From assembly GCA_964580635.1 (NCBI GenBank), contig CAZOMF010000002.1, forward strand, positions 1-35,301: DNA of 35,301 bases. The letters run 5' to 3'. Of the stretch, positions 33,693 through 35,301 are shown piece after piece. A program made the translations under genes and the position numbers. Source of the stretch: an uncultured Dehalococcoidaceae bacterium. Lineage in GTDB: Bacteria; Chloroflexota; Dehalococcoidia; Dehalococcoidales; RBG-16-60-22. The notes below the pieces were generated by a model. The model did not search any database. It was not told the origin of the DNA and saw only the letters and a list, made by a program, of their open reading frames with translations. Positions within the stretch are counted from its first letter, which is position 1, and each line of letters starts with the position of its first letter.

Positions 33693-34184
33693 ATGACCGA
33701 CGCCACCAAACGGGAGCGGGAAGACCTCCTCCAGGAACTCATTGACCGCATAATGTCCATCATGCGCAAGGTGCGGCATGACACCGTCCCTGCCGAGCCG
33801 TTCCTCAGTCCTCCCCAGTTCCACATCTTCTTTACCATCGCCATGAAAAAGAGCGGCGTATCGGTCTCGGAACTGGCGGAACTGAGCGGCGTGACCCCCG
33901 GCGCGGTGACCCAGTTCGTTAACGCCCTCGTGGAGAAGGAGCTGGTGGTGCGGGAGACCGATCCCAGCGACCGTCGCGTCGTCCGGCTGAAGCTGACCCC
34001 GAACGCCCGCGGCCAGCTGGCGCGGCTGCGCCGGGAACACCTGGCCACCGCCGCCCGTATTTTCGATGTGCTGAGCACCGAAGAACTCCGTACCCTGAAC
34101 GACATTTTTAATCATCTGGATGTGTCGCTTGAAAAGGATGAGCATCTGCCGGACGGCCGCGGGCCGTCCCACCGACACGCGTAG
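33693..34184 (+). CDS. MarR-family transcriptional regulator
   Basis: 163 aa. Typical MarR wHTH: LSPPQFHIFFTIAMKKSGVSVSELAELSGVTPGAVTQFVNALVEKELVVRETDPSDRRVVRLKLTPNARG. Confidence 0.88.
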   Translation: MTDATKREREDLLQELIDRIMSIMRKVRHDTVPAEPFLSPPQFHIFFTIAMKKSGVSVSELAELSGVTPGAVTQFVNALVEKELVVRETDPSDRRVVRLKLTPNARGQLARLRREHLATAARIFDVLSTEELRTLNDIFNHLDVSLEKDEHLPDGRGPSHRHA

Positions 34185-34190
34185 ACCCGT

Positions 34191-35301
34191 ATGGTAAAAA
34201 TAGTCCGACATCTTAGACCGTTCGCCTTATCTATCGTCCTCATCTTCGGCCTTCTCTTCGGGCAGGCGATGGCGGACCTCTCACTGCCCGGCTACATGGC
34301 GGACATCGTCAACGTCGGCATCCAGCAGAGCGGCGTCCGGAATGCCGTGCCCCAGGTCATCCGCGTGTCCTCGTATGACAAGCTGGCCCTCTTCATGACC
34401 GATGCCCAGCAGGCCGAGTTCATGGCCGACTACACGAAGCTCGACCGCAGTCAGCTCTCCGATGCCGCCTATCAGAGCGACGTCGCGAAGTACCCCGCTT
34501 TGGCCGACGAGCCCCTCTACGCGCTCAACAAGATCAGCGGCGCCGAGAACTCCCGCCTCAACGCCATCTTCAAGCCGGCCATGATCGCCGTGTCCGGTCT
34601 TTCCGCCCTCAGCTCCGGCAACGCCACGTCCAGCATCCCGCTCCCGTCCGGCTTCGAGCAGCTGCCGCCCGGCACGGACCCCTTTACCGCGCTGGAATCC
34701 CTCACGCCGGCCCAGCGCCAGGATATGCTCGCGCAGTTCCGGACGCAGATAAGCGCCCTCCCGGAGCAGGTGGTGTCCCAGGGGGCCATCGTCTACGTCA
34801 TCCGGGAATACCAGGCCATCGGTTTCGATCTCAAGGGCCTCCAGTTCCACTATATGTTCGGCATCGGCACCCTCATGGCCCTCCTCACGCTGGCCAGCGC
34901 CGCCGCTTCCATCACCGTCGGTTTCCTGGCGGCGCGGGTCGCCGCCGGCATGGCGCGGAACCTCCGGCGCCAGCTCTTCGAGCGCGTCGAGAGCTTCTCC
35001 AACACCGAGTTCGACAAGTTCTCCACCGCCTCGCTCAACACCCGGTCCACCAATGACATCCAGCAGATACAGATGCTGTTCGTCATGCTGTTCCGCATCG
35101 TGTTCTACGCTCCTATCCTCGGCATCGGCGGCATCATCCGCGTCGTGACCACGGACGCCTCGATGTGGTGGATCATCGTCGCCGCCGTGGGCGCGATGCT
35201 CGCCATGATCGGCACCATCTTCCTTTTCGCCGTGCCCAAGTTCCGCATCATCCAGAAGCTGGTGGACCGCGTCAACCTGGCCACCCGGGAGATGCTCACC
35301 G
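34191..35301 (+). CDS. ABC exporter permease/ATPase, N-terminal part (continues past the window edge)
   Basis: Absent from the ORF track because there is no stop in the window. ATG at 34191, 7 nt after the MarR stop. MVKIVRHLRPFALSIVLIFGLLFGQAMADLSLPGYMADIVNVGIQQSG... has a long extracytoplasmic insert between TM1 and TM2, then type I exporter TMD blocks (ARNLRRQLFERVESFSNTEFDKFSTASLNTRSTNDIQQIQ). Confidence 0.85.
   Translation, partial: MVKIVRHLRPFALSIVLIFGLLFGQAMADLSLPGYMADIVNVGIQQSGVRNAVPQVIRVSSYDKLALFMTDAQQAEFMADYTKLDRSQLSDAAYQSDVAKYPALADEPLYALNKISGAENSRLNAIFKPAMIAVSGLSALSSGNATSSIPLPSGFEQLPPGTDPFTALESLTPAQRQDMLAQFRTQISALPEQVVSQGAIVYVIREYQAIGFDLKGLQFHYMFGIGTLMALLTLASAAASITVGFLAARVAAGMARNLRRQLFERVESFSNTEFDKFSTASLNTRSTNDIQQIQMLFVMLFRIVFYAPILGIGGIIRVVTTDASMWWIIVAAVGAMLAMIGTIFLFAVPKFRIIQKLVDRVNLATREMLT

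Overview
GC-rich, gene-dense bacterial chromosomal window of 35.3 kb. I found no rRNA, tRNA, CRISPR array, transposase or integrase. The regulatory motifs (TTAACA-type Pho boxes, a GTnAC-n6-GTnAC box) and a b6-type cytochrome b suggest a Gram-positive-like or Chloroflexota/Actinomycetota-like lineage, but I cannot establish this. Left part (1-13 kb): an FAD oxidoreductase fragment, a leaderless DctP-like protein, an MFS transporter, a heterodimeric ABC exporter pair, type III glutamine synthetase, pstC-pstA-pstB-phoU without pstS, and an MgtC-like gene. Middle part (13-26.2 kb) is a redox island: a NarL/LuxR-type two-component system whose kinase sensor domain carries a CxxCH motif; a lipoprotein decaheme c-type cytochrome with a collagen-like (G-X-Y)15 stalk; a Rieske protein plus one polypeptide fusing cytochrome b, subunit IV and three cytochrome c domains; an orphan NrfD-like membrane protein; and two paralogous genes that the ORF track splits at in-frame TGA codons. 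I read these two as selenoproteins with a U-x-x-C motif (UPGC and UGSC) fused to a roughly 450-aa uncharacterised domain. Right part: an MFS plus URO-D-family operon, a patatin-like lipase, an 871-aa fusion of two flavoenzymes (FAD-reductase-like plus NDH-2-like), two winged-helix regulators and a partial ABC exporter. Several near-consensus promoters, palindromic operators and strong intrinsic terminators can be read directly. All family assignments come from motifs I recognise by eye; no searches were run.
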